64,000 nucleotides of DNA, from positions 128,001 to 192,000 of the forward strand of contig JBFWWG010000006.1 of assembly GCA_050246315.1 (NCBI GenBank), given 5' to 3'. The position numbers were made by a program, and so were the translations under genes. The stretch comes from Nitrospiraceae bacterium. Its GTDB lineage: Bacteria > Nitrospirota > Nitrospiria > Nitrospirales > Nitrospiraceae. Positions 1-8,872 of this stretch are shown piece after piece. Numbering within the stretch: the stretch's first letter is position 1; every line of letters begins with the position of its first letter. The notes beneath the pieces are model-generated. The model was not told the DNA's origin. It made no database searches and saw only the letters and a list, made by a program, of their open reading frames with translations.

Positions 1-604
1 TGCTCCTAATCGTGAGTGGATGCACGTGATGGAACTTGACGATGTTGTCGGGGTCGATGACGAACGTGTGACATCGGCTTGGCGTCGCACTCCTCCTGAC
101 ACCGTAAAGGCGGGACAGCCGCCTCATCGGGTCGATCAACAGTGGAACGGAGATTGGCGCGGAAGGTGCTGCGCAGGATTCGTCTCGAGTCAGTTCGTCC
201 GGTGCAACCGCGAGGAGCGCGGTTTCTGCCCGCGCGAACAGATGGCCCTGTCGATCTAGCAACATCCGCTCACTCAAACCCATCGAACCGGGAAAGCATA
301 GGACCACCCACCGGCCTTGATAGTGCGCGGAATGTAGAAAGACCGGTTCGCCGTTGATGACCGCCGTAAGACGAAAATTGGGTGCTGGTTGACCGACGCG
401 CAAGGGAACCCGTAGGCCTTGACGCTGTGCTCCGGACCCGGACCAGGGCGAGACGGGTGCGGATACCGACTGAAGGCTCTCGACGGCCGGCAGTGTTCGG
501 CCGCAATTGATACATTTCAATGTTGGCAGACGGGGATACTCCTCGCCACTATAGTCAGGTATCAGTAGACCTCCACATCGGAAACAATGCGTTGACGCAG
601 TCAT
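1..604 (-). CDS. Zinc-ribbon + AhpC/TSA(redoxin)-like fusion protein, runs off left edge (not in ORF track)
   Basis: AAAGGAG RBS, ATG at 604; open frame MTASTHCFRCGG...KCINCG...LRVGQPAPNFRL...YQGRWVVLCF...PLLIDPMRRLSRLYGV...HTFVIDPDNIVKF. Confidence 0.8.
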   Translation of the reverse strand, partial: MTASTHCFRCGGLLIPDYSGEEYPRLPTLKCINCGRTLPAVESLQSVSAPVSPWSGSGAQRQGLRVPLRVGQPAPNFRLTAVINGEPVFLHSAHYQGRWVVLCFPGSMGLSERMLLDRQGHLFARAETALLAVAPDELTRDESCAAPSAPISVPLLIDPMRRLSRLYGVRRSATPSRCHTFVIDPDNIVKFHHVHPLTIRS

Positions 605-650
605 ATCACTTTACTCCTTTCTTCCGTACTCTATTTCGTCAGAGGCCAAT

Positions 651-688
651 GAAGAAGAAAGCCCGAGTGTATGCAATACGCTCGGGCT
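651..688 (-). terminator. Intrinsic terminator/attenuator in leader
   Basis: GCCCGAG-CGTATTGCATACA-CTCGGGC followed by TTTCTTCTTC on minus strand. Confidence 0.65.
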
Positions 689-751
689 CCGGTCATCGAT
701 GACTCCGGCCTCTCTGCTACGATCTTCAGACCGGCGCGGCTCCTCATACAT

Positions 752-772
752 TGATAATGAGAACTCATATCA
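752..772. promoter_or_regulatory. Fur-family box
   Basis: TGATAATGAGAACTCATATCA; 14/19 match to GATAATGATAATCATTATC; minus-strand TATAAT at 785-780. Confidence 0.7.
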
Positions 773-825
773 TTTAATGATTATAATGATCCAAATGGAA
801 AAAGTACAGACATTTTCCGATGGAG

Positions 826-1578
826 CTAACTGCGGATCCCCGACACGCGGGTCAGTACCATGGCGGTGATGTACATGAGACTGATGCCGAAGAAGATGCC
901 GGAAGCGACCTGGAGACGTCGCGTCGCCGTGTAGGCGATTGCGGTGAGCGAAAGAATCACGTAGAGCAGCGATCCGGCGGCTATGCTATAGAAGGCGATT
1001 GAGAAATACGACGATAGATCCTGTCCGCTCAGCAGCGTGCCCATACAGGTGGGACCGCCGGCCAAAAGGCCGAGCCACAACACATCGATCCAGTGTATCG
1101 GCGTCTTCCCCGCAGCCCCAACGATCCCGAACCCTTCCGTGCCGTTGTGGAGCGCGAACCCGGTCACGAGCAGCGCGCTCAGGACCCACTCCCCAGCGCC
1201 ATAGCTCGCGCCGATCGCCAAGCCCTCTCCCAAATTGTGAAACCCCATGCCGAGGGCGATCATATAAGGAAGCGAGCACCATCGCCCGGCAGACCCGGTT
1301 CCAAGAATCTGCTTGGATTCCAACGCGACCAGCCCGATCAAGCCAATGCCGAGACTACCCAGAAACACCGCCCACGACAGCCCATCTCGCGCGCCGGTCA
1401 GTTCCACCGCTTCATGCATAAGGTCGAAGAAGAGATACGCCAGAACACCCGTCGCTACACCGATCAAGGCTCCTTCCCAAGTTCGAGGCAAGACCTTACC
1501 GAGCGCCAAGGCGGCGGCGATTCCGAGATACACCGGGATGACGCCGGCGACAAGACCGAGACCGATGAGATCAATCAT
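826..1578 (-). CDS. ZIP (ZupT-like) divalent metal transporter
   Basis: Multi-TM protein with HNLGEG and HNGTEG metal-site motifs. Confidence 0.85.
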   Translation of the reverse strand: MIDLIGLGLVAGVIPVYLGIAAALALGKVLPRTWEGALIGVATGVLAYLFFDLMHEAVELTGARDGLSWAVFLGSLGIGLIGLVALESKQILGTGSAGRWCSLPYMIALGMGFHNLGEGLAIGASYGAGEWVLSALLVTGFALHNGTEGFGIVGAAGKTPIHWIDVLWLGLLAGGPTCMGTLLSGQDLSSYFSIAFYSIAAGSLLYVILSLTAIAYTATRRLQVASGIFFGISLMYITAMVLTRVSGIRS

Positions 1579-2457
1579 GCACGATCAGCTCCCGCGTTGA
1601 CGAGGCGACCACACCTGACTGTCGTTGATCGACGCACCGCTCCAACCCGCACATGTGACTTCCATGTGGCACAGGACCGAAGGAACGAATTCGGTCGTAC
1701 ACACGATCCGGGTCTCACCAAGCCGAACACCTCGCCATAGTGCATGGGAAGCAGACAGGCCTCGAATGTATCACCCGAAGTCAAGTTCCGCCAGTCACGA
1801 ACACCCAGGACGCCCCCTGTACTGATTGAGCCACATCAAGCTCTTCCCCCTCGTTTCACGCACCTCATCCGGCCGGAGTAGCAGCATTTGAGAAAGGCCG
1901 CCCGACTTGTCATGCTCCCCGAGAACGTTGATGCTCCCGTCCCGAAAAACCTCGTGAGGAAGCGCCACCGCCTTCGTATCGAGCTGCCTGGTGCAGCGGA
2001 GCCTGGGTGCATCGGGCGCAGCTCTTCCTTCCTCGGGAGATCCTTGGATAGAGAAAATGATGCGACCATGGAGACTACCTCCGATGAGAATTCCAGATAG
2101 GCCTCGGTGATCGCGGGAGGTGCCACCACGGGTGCGATATGGAGGACGGGGAGCTTGTTGCTATCGTCATGGCATCGAGCGACGCCCGCGCCTGGTTCCA
2201 GTGAGAACATCTGCCTTAATCCGCCGCGGCTCGTCCACCTGAGAGGCCATCCGGTTCCGATTCGACCCGCGAATCAGCGGAGCTGCACCAGATCGTGAGT
2301 CGGAATCGTATACAACGCGAGAAGCGTGACTCGATATGTCCGAAAGGCCGGATCGCCACCAGACGTCACTCTTCCAGCCGGCCGCTCCTCCCATCGCGTT
2401 GCTCCCAGTGAACCAGCGGGATTCAGCCGCGAGTGATCGATGCGTCAAGTCAGCTAG

Positions 2458-2555
2458 GGAAGGTCTGAATAATTCCCAATTTCGATTGGTAGGTGTACAA
2501 AAGACGGGAAATCTGGCGGATCGCGGCCTAGGATTTTGAATTGATCAGACCTTCC
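2458..2555. mobile_element. 98-bp non-autonomous IS5-like element (MITE)
   Basis: TIRs GGAAGGTCTGAATAATTC / GGAAGGTCTGATCAATTC (16/18); CTAG on both flanks (2454-2457, 2556-2559). Confidence 0.75.
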
Positions 2556-3419
2556 CTAGGAACCGCACATCAATGGCTCTATAAAACACGAGGTGGCTGC
2601 AGTTACGGTCGAAAGAGTCGAACAGCTCACCGATAATGAGGCCCCGGTAGAGACGAGTCTTGAGCCAAGACTTCCGAAGTGCTCCAAGACCATGGGCAAG
2701 CAGACAGTAGGAACCCCGCGATATGGCACCACAAGCTTTTCGCTCGCACCCGGCCGTGAGGCCTCTGCCTCGTTCATCTTGGTGGGCATGGCCTATGGTT
2801 TATACAATCCAAGGTAGCCCGCGGCAGGCCATGGTGACTCCCAACACCTTCAGATGGTAGGAGAGAGGTGAGACAGGTGGAACTCGCTGCTATGCTATTT
2901 GGACTTCTCCTTCTTGTCCTCCCTACATAAATTTGACGTTTCGGAGGGCTGTGCTGCCGGATCGGGCATGAGGTTGTCTCGACTGCTATCCAAGATCGCA
3001 TGGCGAACAGAAGGCCGTCGGCGAGGACCGGAGTTACCTCGCACCGTTCAAGCCGCGCAATGCGCCAGGAGCATCGGTCTCTATAGGTTAGGAAGTTGAA
3101 GCGGAGCACAGGGTAAGAGCCGAGAGACTCAACGGCCAGGTAGAAGTGACTGAGGAAATTTGGCAACCCCAGCGCGATTGCGACGATCCCAAGTTGAACC
3201 TGCTCCGCGTACTCCCTCGTACCTGCAGACGATTGGCCGTGAGGTGTCGGTGTAAGGCCCTTGAAAGCGGCTCCGTCTGCCACCCTTCAATATGGATAGG
3301 GTGAAGGAGGACAGGACGAAGAGCGCAGGCTACCCACTCTTGTCACTCGTCAAATCGGCTGTCCGAAATCGGGACGGCCACGTCACCATCGAGGAGCCCA
3401 CCACTCCTCGCAGGTTCCA

Positions 3420-3590
3420 TCATTGAGGCGAGCGGCCGGTTGCTTTGTCACGGGTCCGTTGTCCTCCGGCAAGATCGAACGCCAACGCTTGGTCTGTCAC
3501 GGCCAGCCTACAGACGGCGCAGGACCAAAACGCTCCGGTAAACACTAAGCTGTGCTGATGGCAAGCGGGGCACGATCGAATTTTCATCAT
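3420..3590 (-). CDS. 56-aa zinc-ribbon protein (not in ORF track)
   Basis: GAGAGGAG RBS; MMKIRSCPACHQHSLVFTGAFWSCAVCRLAV... Confidence 0.65.
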   Translation of the reverse strand: MMKIRSCPACHQHSLVFTGAFWSCAVCRLAVTDQALAFDLAGGQRTRDKATGRSPQ

Positions 3591-3674
3591 GGTCTCCTCT
3601 CGGTAGTTGCACTGAAGGCGCTTGACCGATTGGCCGCTCGTGGATGCCGACGCGACAGTCCAGTGACCAGCATC

Positions 3675-3893
3675 TCAATGACAGGTCGTCCGCTCGTGAT
3701 CAACCACGCGGCTGACCCCGGTTCGGTTGAGGTGGCGGCTGAACACCGCCGCCAAGCCGCACACGTCGCGGGCGAAGGCAGCGAACTCGTTGGGCTCAAA
3801 ATGAACCGTGATCATGCCATAGCGAAAATGCAGCTTGCCACAATCACAGACGGCCAGTGAGGTTCTTCCTTGTTGATGAACGGTGTCTCTCAT
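3675..3893 (-). CDS. 72-aa hypothetical protein with CxCG-x2-H motif
   Basis: GGAAGGAGG RBS before ATG 3893; MRDTVHQQGRTSLAVCDCGKLHFRYGMITVHF. Confidence 0.7.
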   Translation of the reverse strand: MRDTVHQQGRTSLAVCDCGKLHFRYGMITVHFEPNEFAAFARDVCGLAAVFSRHLNRTGVSRVVDHERTTCH

Positions 3894-3938
3894 TGACGCC
3901 CTCCTTCCATGAATTTCGAACATGGCCCTTCCGAGCAC

Positions 3939-3975
3939 AAAAAAGCCCGAGGACATCGAGGAGTGCCTTGGGTTT
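3939..3975 (-). terminator. Terminator/attenuator-like hairpin in leader
   Basis: Imperfect stem ending CCTCGGGC followed by TTTTTT. Confidence 0.55.
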
Positions 3976-4091
3976 CCTCTGATGCTGTTAACCTCTGGCC
4001 TCTTTATGAATCCTGCTGTCTGTCCGGCACAGAGCTTTCTGCGGACCCGCGTCTCAACGCACGACCAAATGCGAGCCCGCATGGCATATAT

Positions 4092-4112
4092 TGATTTCAG
4101 TTCTCAATATCA
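4092..4112. promoter_or_regulatory. Fur-family box
   Basis: Minus strand TGATATTGAGAACTGAAATCA, 18/21 identical to box at 752; TTGACA at 4133-4128. Confidence 0.65.
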
Positions 4113-4232
4113 TTATATGCCAACAACTGTCAACCCCCTTCTCCCCCAGACTCACGTCTTCATGCTTCCAAATGCTCGACCACTATAGAATACAATCAAT
4201 GGCCTCCACCGGGCGCACGCGAGAATGAGTCC

Positions 4233-4631
4233 ATGATCATTGAAGTCGAATCAAGCGACAATTGCGAGACCGCTCTGTTCGTACGATTCAAGGAAGTGAG
4301 CCCGGCGCGTCCGCTGCTCCAGGTGCGGCTCTATGATCGCAATCCGGCCGGTGCGTGGTACTGGGTAGTGGGCTGGAGCGACAACGGTGCGGCGCCGGTC
4401 TGCCCCGCCCATTCCCAGGTGGTGGAAGACTCTGGATCAGGTCTGGCTCATGTCGTCTTCGGAGGGCTCTACGGTCTACGGTTCAAACCTATCGACCTCG
4501 ATGAACCCTGGGATCTGGGAAACCGACATTAGTGGGGAGAAGCCTATCTGTTGCTGGCCAGTGATCGTGATCTACGCTATGCCGATGAGGTGGTTGTAGC
4601 CAAATCCTCTCCGAAGATGCCGTCCAATTGA
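4233..4631 (+). pseudogene. Hypothetical protein apparently interrupted by in-frame TAG at 4530-4532
   Basis: Frame continues after TAG as WGEAYLLLASDRDLRYADE... to TGA at 4629-4631. Confidence 0.5.
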
Positions 4632-4648
4632 ACAGCCGCTTCAACTGA

Positions 4649-4912
4649 AAAGGAGGAATGAAGAATTCGTGAGGTGTTTCTCCGCGGGCGACAATGAGGA
4701 AGGCTGCGCCTGAAGAGGCCGCGGTTCAAGCTTAGGGCAATTCGATGCGGAACAGGCGAATCACTGGAGGTGCTTTTCCGGCGGCGTCAATGAAGAGGGG
4801 CTTCGCCCGATGAGCCGCCGGCTCACACGAAAGGAAGGAATGAAGAACACTGGAGGTATTTCTCGGCGGGCGACAATGAGGAAGGCTGCGCCTGAAGAGC
4901 CCGCCGATCAAC
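4649..4912. repeat. Three tandem ~85-95 bp hairpin repeats 3' of tRNA-Arg
   Basis: 34-nt identical core at 4684-4717 and 4866-4899; diverged middle copy ~4765-4825. Confidence 0.8.
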
Positions 4913-4924
4913 CAAAGGTTGGTA

Positions 4925-5001
4925 TGGTGCGCCCGGCAGGAATTGAACCTGCGACCTGCGGGTTCGAAGCCCGACGCTCTATCCAACTGAGCTACGGGCG
5001 C
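4925..5001 (-). tRNA. tRNA-Arg(UCG)
   Basis: 77-nt cloverleaf GCGCCCG...CGGGCGCACCA, anticodon loop CTTCGAA. Confidence 0.93.
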
Positions 5002-5122
5002 ACTGAGGCTATTTGAACCACGGGGTGAGCACGCTGTCAAGCTGCGTGTTGCTTCACGAGCGGACGGGCCCGCAGCCGAGCGACGACGTGTCGCAAGATT
5101 GCACGGCGGAGCTATGATACCT

Positions 5123-5653
5123 TCACCGAACCGTCGTACGTTCCGACGCGCTGTGGGCGGCAGCGATCACACGATCCGCGATCTCGGACGGACTCAGTTC
5201 GTCCGTACGGATCTCTTGATCCGCCGCCGCTTGATATTTAGGCAGGCGCTGCCGCAAGACCTCTTCGATCTCTTCTATGAACGATTTGGTGCCGGTGAGC
5301 GAGGGCCGTTGATTATCGCCCTCGATGCGCCGCGCGATGGTCTTGACCTCGGCCGTGAGCCACACCAGTAGGCCGTTGGCTTTCAAGGCCCGCACATTTT
5401 CCTCGCGTAGAATGGCCCCGCCACCGGTGTCGATTACAAGCCGATCCCTGGCTCCGATGTCGCGGCAGACTTCAGACTCCCGATCACGAAATGGTTCCCA
5501 TCCGTATCGTTGAACGAGCTCGGGAATCGTGGCCCCTGCCCGCCTGACGAGCTCGGCATCGGTCGAGACCGCCTCATAGCGCAACCGCTGAGCCACCAGC
5601 TTTGCGACGGTGCTTTTGCCCGTTCCTCTATAGCCGATCAGGACAATGTTCAT
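5123..5653 (-). CDS. aroK: Shikimate kinase
   Basis: GYRGTGKS P-loop, FRDRE, TGGG, RPSL motifs. Confidence 0.92.
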   Translation of the reverse strand: MNIVLIGYRGTGKSTVAKLVAQRLRYEAVSTDAELVRRAGATIPELVQRYGWEPFRDRESEVCRDIGARDRLVIDTGGGAILREENVRALKANGLLVWLTAEVKTIARRIEGDNQRPSLTGTKSFIEEIEEVLRQRLPKYQAAADQEIRTDELSPSEIADRVIAAAHSASERTTVR

Positions 5654-5714
5654 CGCACCTCGTGAATTGTGAGGAGTGCGCAGTGAGCGCCTCGGACACT
5701 CTTGGCCGGCCTCC

Positions 5715-6572
5715 TCACGCGAACTTCGATTCGAGGACCTGCCGCATGACCGCCGCAGGCGCCTTCCGCTCCGTCCAGAGTTCGAACTGCTCGACCGCCT
5801 GATTCAAAAACATATCAAGGCCGGGAATGACTCGACAGCCGGCCGCCTTGGCTTCCCGCAGCAACCTGGTCTCTCGCGGATTGTACACGATATCCATCAC
5901 GGTGAGAGCCGGATGCAACAGAGCAGCCGGCACACAGGTCTGCTCGACCTTGGGGGACATCCCTACGGGCGTGCAATGGATCATGACCTGCGCATCCGGC
6001 ATGACCTCGCGCAGATGTGGCTCATCCAGAGATCCGTCCTGGATCTTCGCAGCCGTGGCCGAGGCTAGATCCAAGACTAGCTTCCGCCGCTCTCCCTCAT
6101 CGATGCCCAAAATGGTCAGCCGTTGCACTTCGTTCCGGGTCGCCAATCCGAAGGCAATCGCACGAGCCGCCCCTCCGGAACCGAGCAGGAGCACGTGCCG
6201 GTCCTTGAGCTCGGTGCCTGCTTCCTGCAAGGCTCGCAGTGCGCCGCTCGCGTCGGTGTTGTAGCCGGCGAGCTTGCCGTCGCGAAGGACAATCGTGTTC
6301 ACGGCCCCAATGTGGCGAGCCGTCCCGTCTACCTCGTCCAGATGCGCCATCACGGAGACCTTATGGGGAATGGTCACGCTGAAGCCACCCGCGTTACCGA
6401 GCGATCTGATGCCGCGGACTGCGTCGTCGATCCGCTCGACCCGGAAGGCCAGATAGACGTAATTCAATCCACATTCCCGAAACGCGGCGTTATGGATACT
6501 GGGCGACAGAGAATGTTCGACGGGGTTGCCGATCACTCCGCACCACTTCGTGTGAGCGTTGATCTCCATCAC
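5715..6572 (-). CDS. aroE: Shikimate dehydrogenase
   Basis: HSLSP, VTIPHK, GAVNT, NTD, GSGGAARA motifs. Confidence 0.95.
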   Translation of the reverse strand: MMEINAHTKWCGVIGNPVEHSLSPSIHNAAFRECGLNYVYLAFRVERIDDAVRGIRSLGNAGGFSVTIPHKVSVMAHLDEVDGTARHIGAVNTIVLRDGKLAGYNTDASGALRALQEAGTELKDRHVLLLGSGGAARAIAFGLATRNEVQRLTILGIDEGERRKLVLDLASATAAKIQDGSLDEPHLREVMPDAQVMIHCTPVGMSPKVEQTCVPAALLHPALTVMDIVYNPRETRLLREAKAAGCRVIPGLDMFLNQAVEQFELWTERKAPAAVMRQVLESKFA

Positions 6573-6625
6573 TCATCCGCCTCCGTCATCTCTCTGCGCC
6601 AAGCGCGACAGCCGGTCGGTTCCAC

Positions 6626-6988
6626 TCACTTGGCCTTCTTCGCCACAACTTGGGCTTGGTACTGGCTTCCGACCACTTTGTAGAACACCGTCACCGCCTC
6701 ACCTTTCTTGAGATCGTTCACGCTCTTCAACCCTTCACCCTTGAATTGGGTTTGATCGTTGGTGACAAAGGTGAAGCGGGTACCGCCTCCGTCCTTCAGC
6801 ACGACAAATTTCTTCGCTCCGGCATCCACGGAGAGCACCGCACCGGCAAACTCAGCACTCTGTTGGGCCACGGCTTGGATCGGCACTACGAGCCAGACGG
6901 TCAGAGCGAGACAGATCAATTGCAGCCTCGTCGCCCTCGCCCCCAATTTGCTGGATTGCTGACTGGATTGTTTCGCGCCCAACTCCAT
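6626..6988 (-). CDS. Small exported beta-barrel (OB-fold-like) hypothetical protein
   Basis: GAGG RBS; signal peptide; LKKGEAVTVFY pattern. Confidence 0.65.
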   Translation of the reverse strand: MELGAKQSSQQSSKLGARATRLQLICLALTVWLVVPIQAVAQQSAEFAGAVLSVDAGAKKFVVLKDGGGTRFTFVTNDQTQFKGEGLKSVNDLKKGEAVTVFYKVVGSQYQAQVVAKKAK

Positions 6989-7020
6989 AGAGCACCTCAC
7001 CAGCCATGTGATCGATACCC

Positions 7021-7776
7021 TTATCTGATCGTCCGGCCTCCATCAATCGCAAAGGTGGCTCCGGTCACCCAGGTGGCTTCGTCGGAGGCCAGGTACACCA
7101 ACATGTTTGCAATCTCCTCCGGTCGGCCCGGGCGCCGTAGCAGGTACTCGCCCAGGACCTGCGCTGCCCGCTCCTTGTCCTGGAGGAGGCTTGTCGCCAT
7201 CGGCGTATCGACCAGGCCTGGATTTACCACATTGCACCGGATGTTTTGTTCGGCATATTCCGCGGCGAGCGCCCGCGACAGCGCATCGAGTGCCCCCTTC
7301 GTGGCCGCGTACGCTGTTCCGTAGGGGATGCCTACCAGGCTCGCAATGGATGAGACATTGATGATGCTTCCGCCGCCGCCGGCAATCATCTCGGGAATCG
7401 CGGCTCTTGTGAATCGAAACACGCCGGTCAGGTTGACGTCGATCAACTGATCCCACGTGGCATCGTCGGTTTCGTGCAGCTTCTTGCCGAAGGCCCCGAT
7501 ACCCGCATTGTTCACGAGGCAATCGAGCCTTCCGAATCGCCGCAGGGTCTGGCTGACTGTTTCACGGGCATGGGCCTCATCGGTCACCGAGCCGGCCACT
7601 GCCAACACCAGCCCGCCTGCCTGTTCCAGATCACGCGTCACCCGGTCCAACTCCTCCTTCCGACGTCCTGTGATCGTCACCGCCGCCCCTTCCCTGACGA
7701 AGACCCTGGCAACGGCCTCACCGATCCCCGCGTTGCCGCCGGTGATGATTGCGACCTTGCCGTCGAGCCGCTTCAC
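7021..7776 (-). CDS. SDR family oxidoreductase
   Basis: TGGNAGIG, NNAG, YAATK motifs. Confidence 0.93.
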   Translation of the reverse strand: MKRLDGKVAIITGGNAGIGEAVARVFVREGAAVTITGRRKEELDRVTRDLEQAGGLVLAVAGSVTDEAHARETVSQTLRRFGRLDCLVNNAGIGAFGKKLHETDDATWDQLIDVNLTGVFRFTRAAIPEMIAGGGGSIINVSSIASLVGIPYGTAYAATKGALDALSRALAAEYAEQNIRCNVVNPGLVDTPMATSLLQDKERAAQVLGEYLLRRPGRPEEIANMLVYLASDEATWVTGATFAIDGGRTIR

Positions 7777-8675
7777 GGCTGTGCTTCCTCCTGCTCATCC
7801 TCGTCATCGTGATTCGTCGGCGACGCATTGTCGGCATCGAGCTGCTCCGGATTCGACGACCCTGTGGCTCCGGATCGAGTCTCCAACAGCGCTTCAACCT
7901 TACGCGCCACCGTGATGAACCCGGAATGCGCCACCATGCGGTGGTCGGGACGAACGCTCCGGCCCTGAATGTTCCAGGTACGCAACAAGGTTTCAAAAGT
8001 CTGAATCATGCCGAATACGGCGGCCCGTTCCAATGCCTCCACCGTCTGCATGACTTGAGGCACCGTCGGCACATAACTCGCGTACACTCCACCCGATCGC
8101 AGCACAGAGACCGCGTGTGGAACAACACGCCAGGGCTCCGGCAAATCCAGCACCATGCGATCGAACTGGTCTTCGCCGGGAGTGAGGAGAATCCCCTCGT
8201 AGACATCGCGCCGCGCTTGGAGCAGATTGGGGACTTCCCCCATATACCGCCGGATGTTGGCGGCCGCAGTTCGCGCAAAGTCTTCGCGGGCTTCATACGT
8301 CACCACACTACCTCGGTGCCCAACCGCTCGCAGCAGCGCCATCGTCAGGGCGCCCGATCCGGTGCCGGCTTCGAAGACCCTGGCACCGGGGTAGATGTCG
8401 GCCCAAACCGTAATCATGGCCAGGTCTTTCGGATAAATCACCTGGGCGCCTCGGGGCATTTTCAGCACATACTCTCCGAGGGTCGGACGCACGGCCAGCA
8501 TGCGGCGGCCGCGGGCGAGAGTCACGATGGTGCCGTCCGGTCGTCCGATTATCGCGTCATGGGCAATGGTTTCGCCGCTCAATTGAAAGGTCTCGCCCGC
8601 CTTGAGCGTAAAAGCATAGTGGCGGGCTTTCCGGTCGACCAGATGTATCCGGTCGCCGCTCTGTAAGGTCACCAT
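7773..8675 (-). CDS. trmI: tRNA (adenine58-N1)-methyltransferase
   Basis: MPRGAQVIYPKD, EAGTGSGAL, LDLPEPW, RPDHRMVAHSGF; GGAGG RBS before 8675. Confidence 0.92.
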   Translation of the reverse strand: MVTLQSGDRIHLVDRKARHYAFTLKAGETFQLSGETIAHDAIIGRPDGTIVTLARGRRMLAVRPTLGEYVLKMPRGAQVIYPKDLAMITVWADIYPGARVFEAGTGSGALTMALLRAVGHRGSVVTYEAREDFARTAAANIRRYMGEVPNLLQARRDVYEGILLTPGEDQFDRMVLDLPEPWRVVPHAVSVLRSGGVYASYVPTVPQVMQTVEALERAAVFGMIQTFETLLRTWNIQGRSVRPDHRMVAHSGFITVARKVEALLETRSGATGSSNPEQLDADNASPTNHDDEDEQEEAQP

Positions 8676-8872
8676 GTCGCCTCCGCGATGATCACGATCG
8701 CCAGATCCTCTGGGGAGGCATTCTAGGAGACGGCTCTCGGCCATTGCAACCGGAGGAGACCTTGTCGGCCGCTTCCTTGACAGGCCTGTGAGGGCCTCGT
8801 AAGATTTTCTCCTGAGTTCAGTCCCATGTGTCTCGCCACTCGCCCGTGTCTTTGCAGGAAGGTTTTCCGAGC

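Noticed and set aside
4680..4905. Hammerhead ribozyme (CTGAAGA / CCGATGA in tandem repeats)
   Set aside because: No correctly placed GAAA-stem III-UH; the module is shared with MITE interiors.
4649..4912. CRISPR array
   Set aside because: Only three long diverged units, similar sequence between cores rather than unique spacers, and no cas genes.
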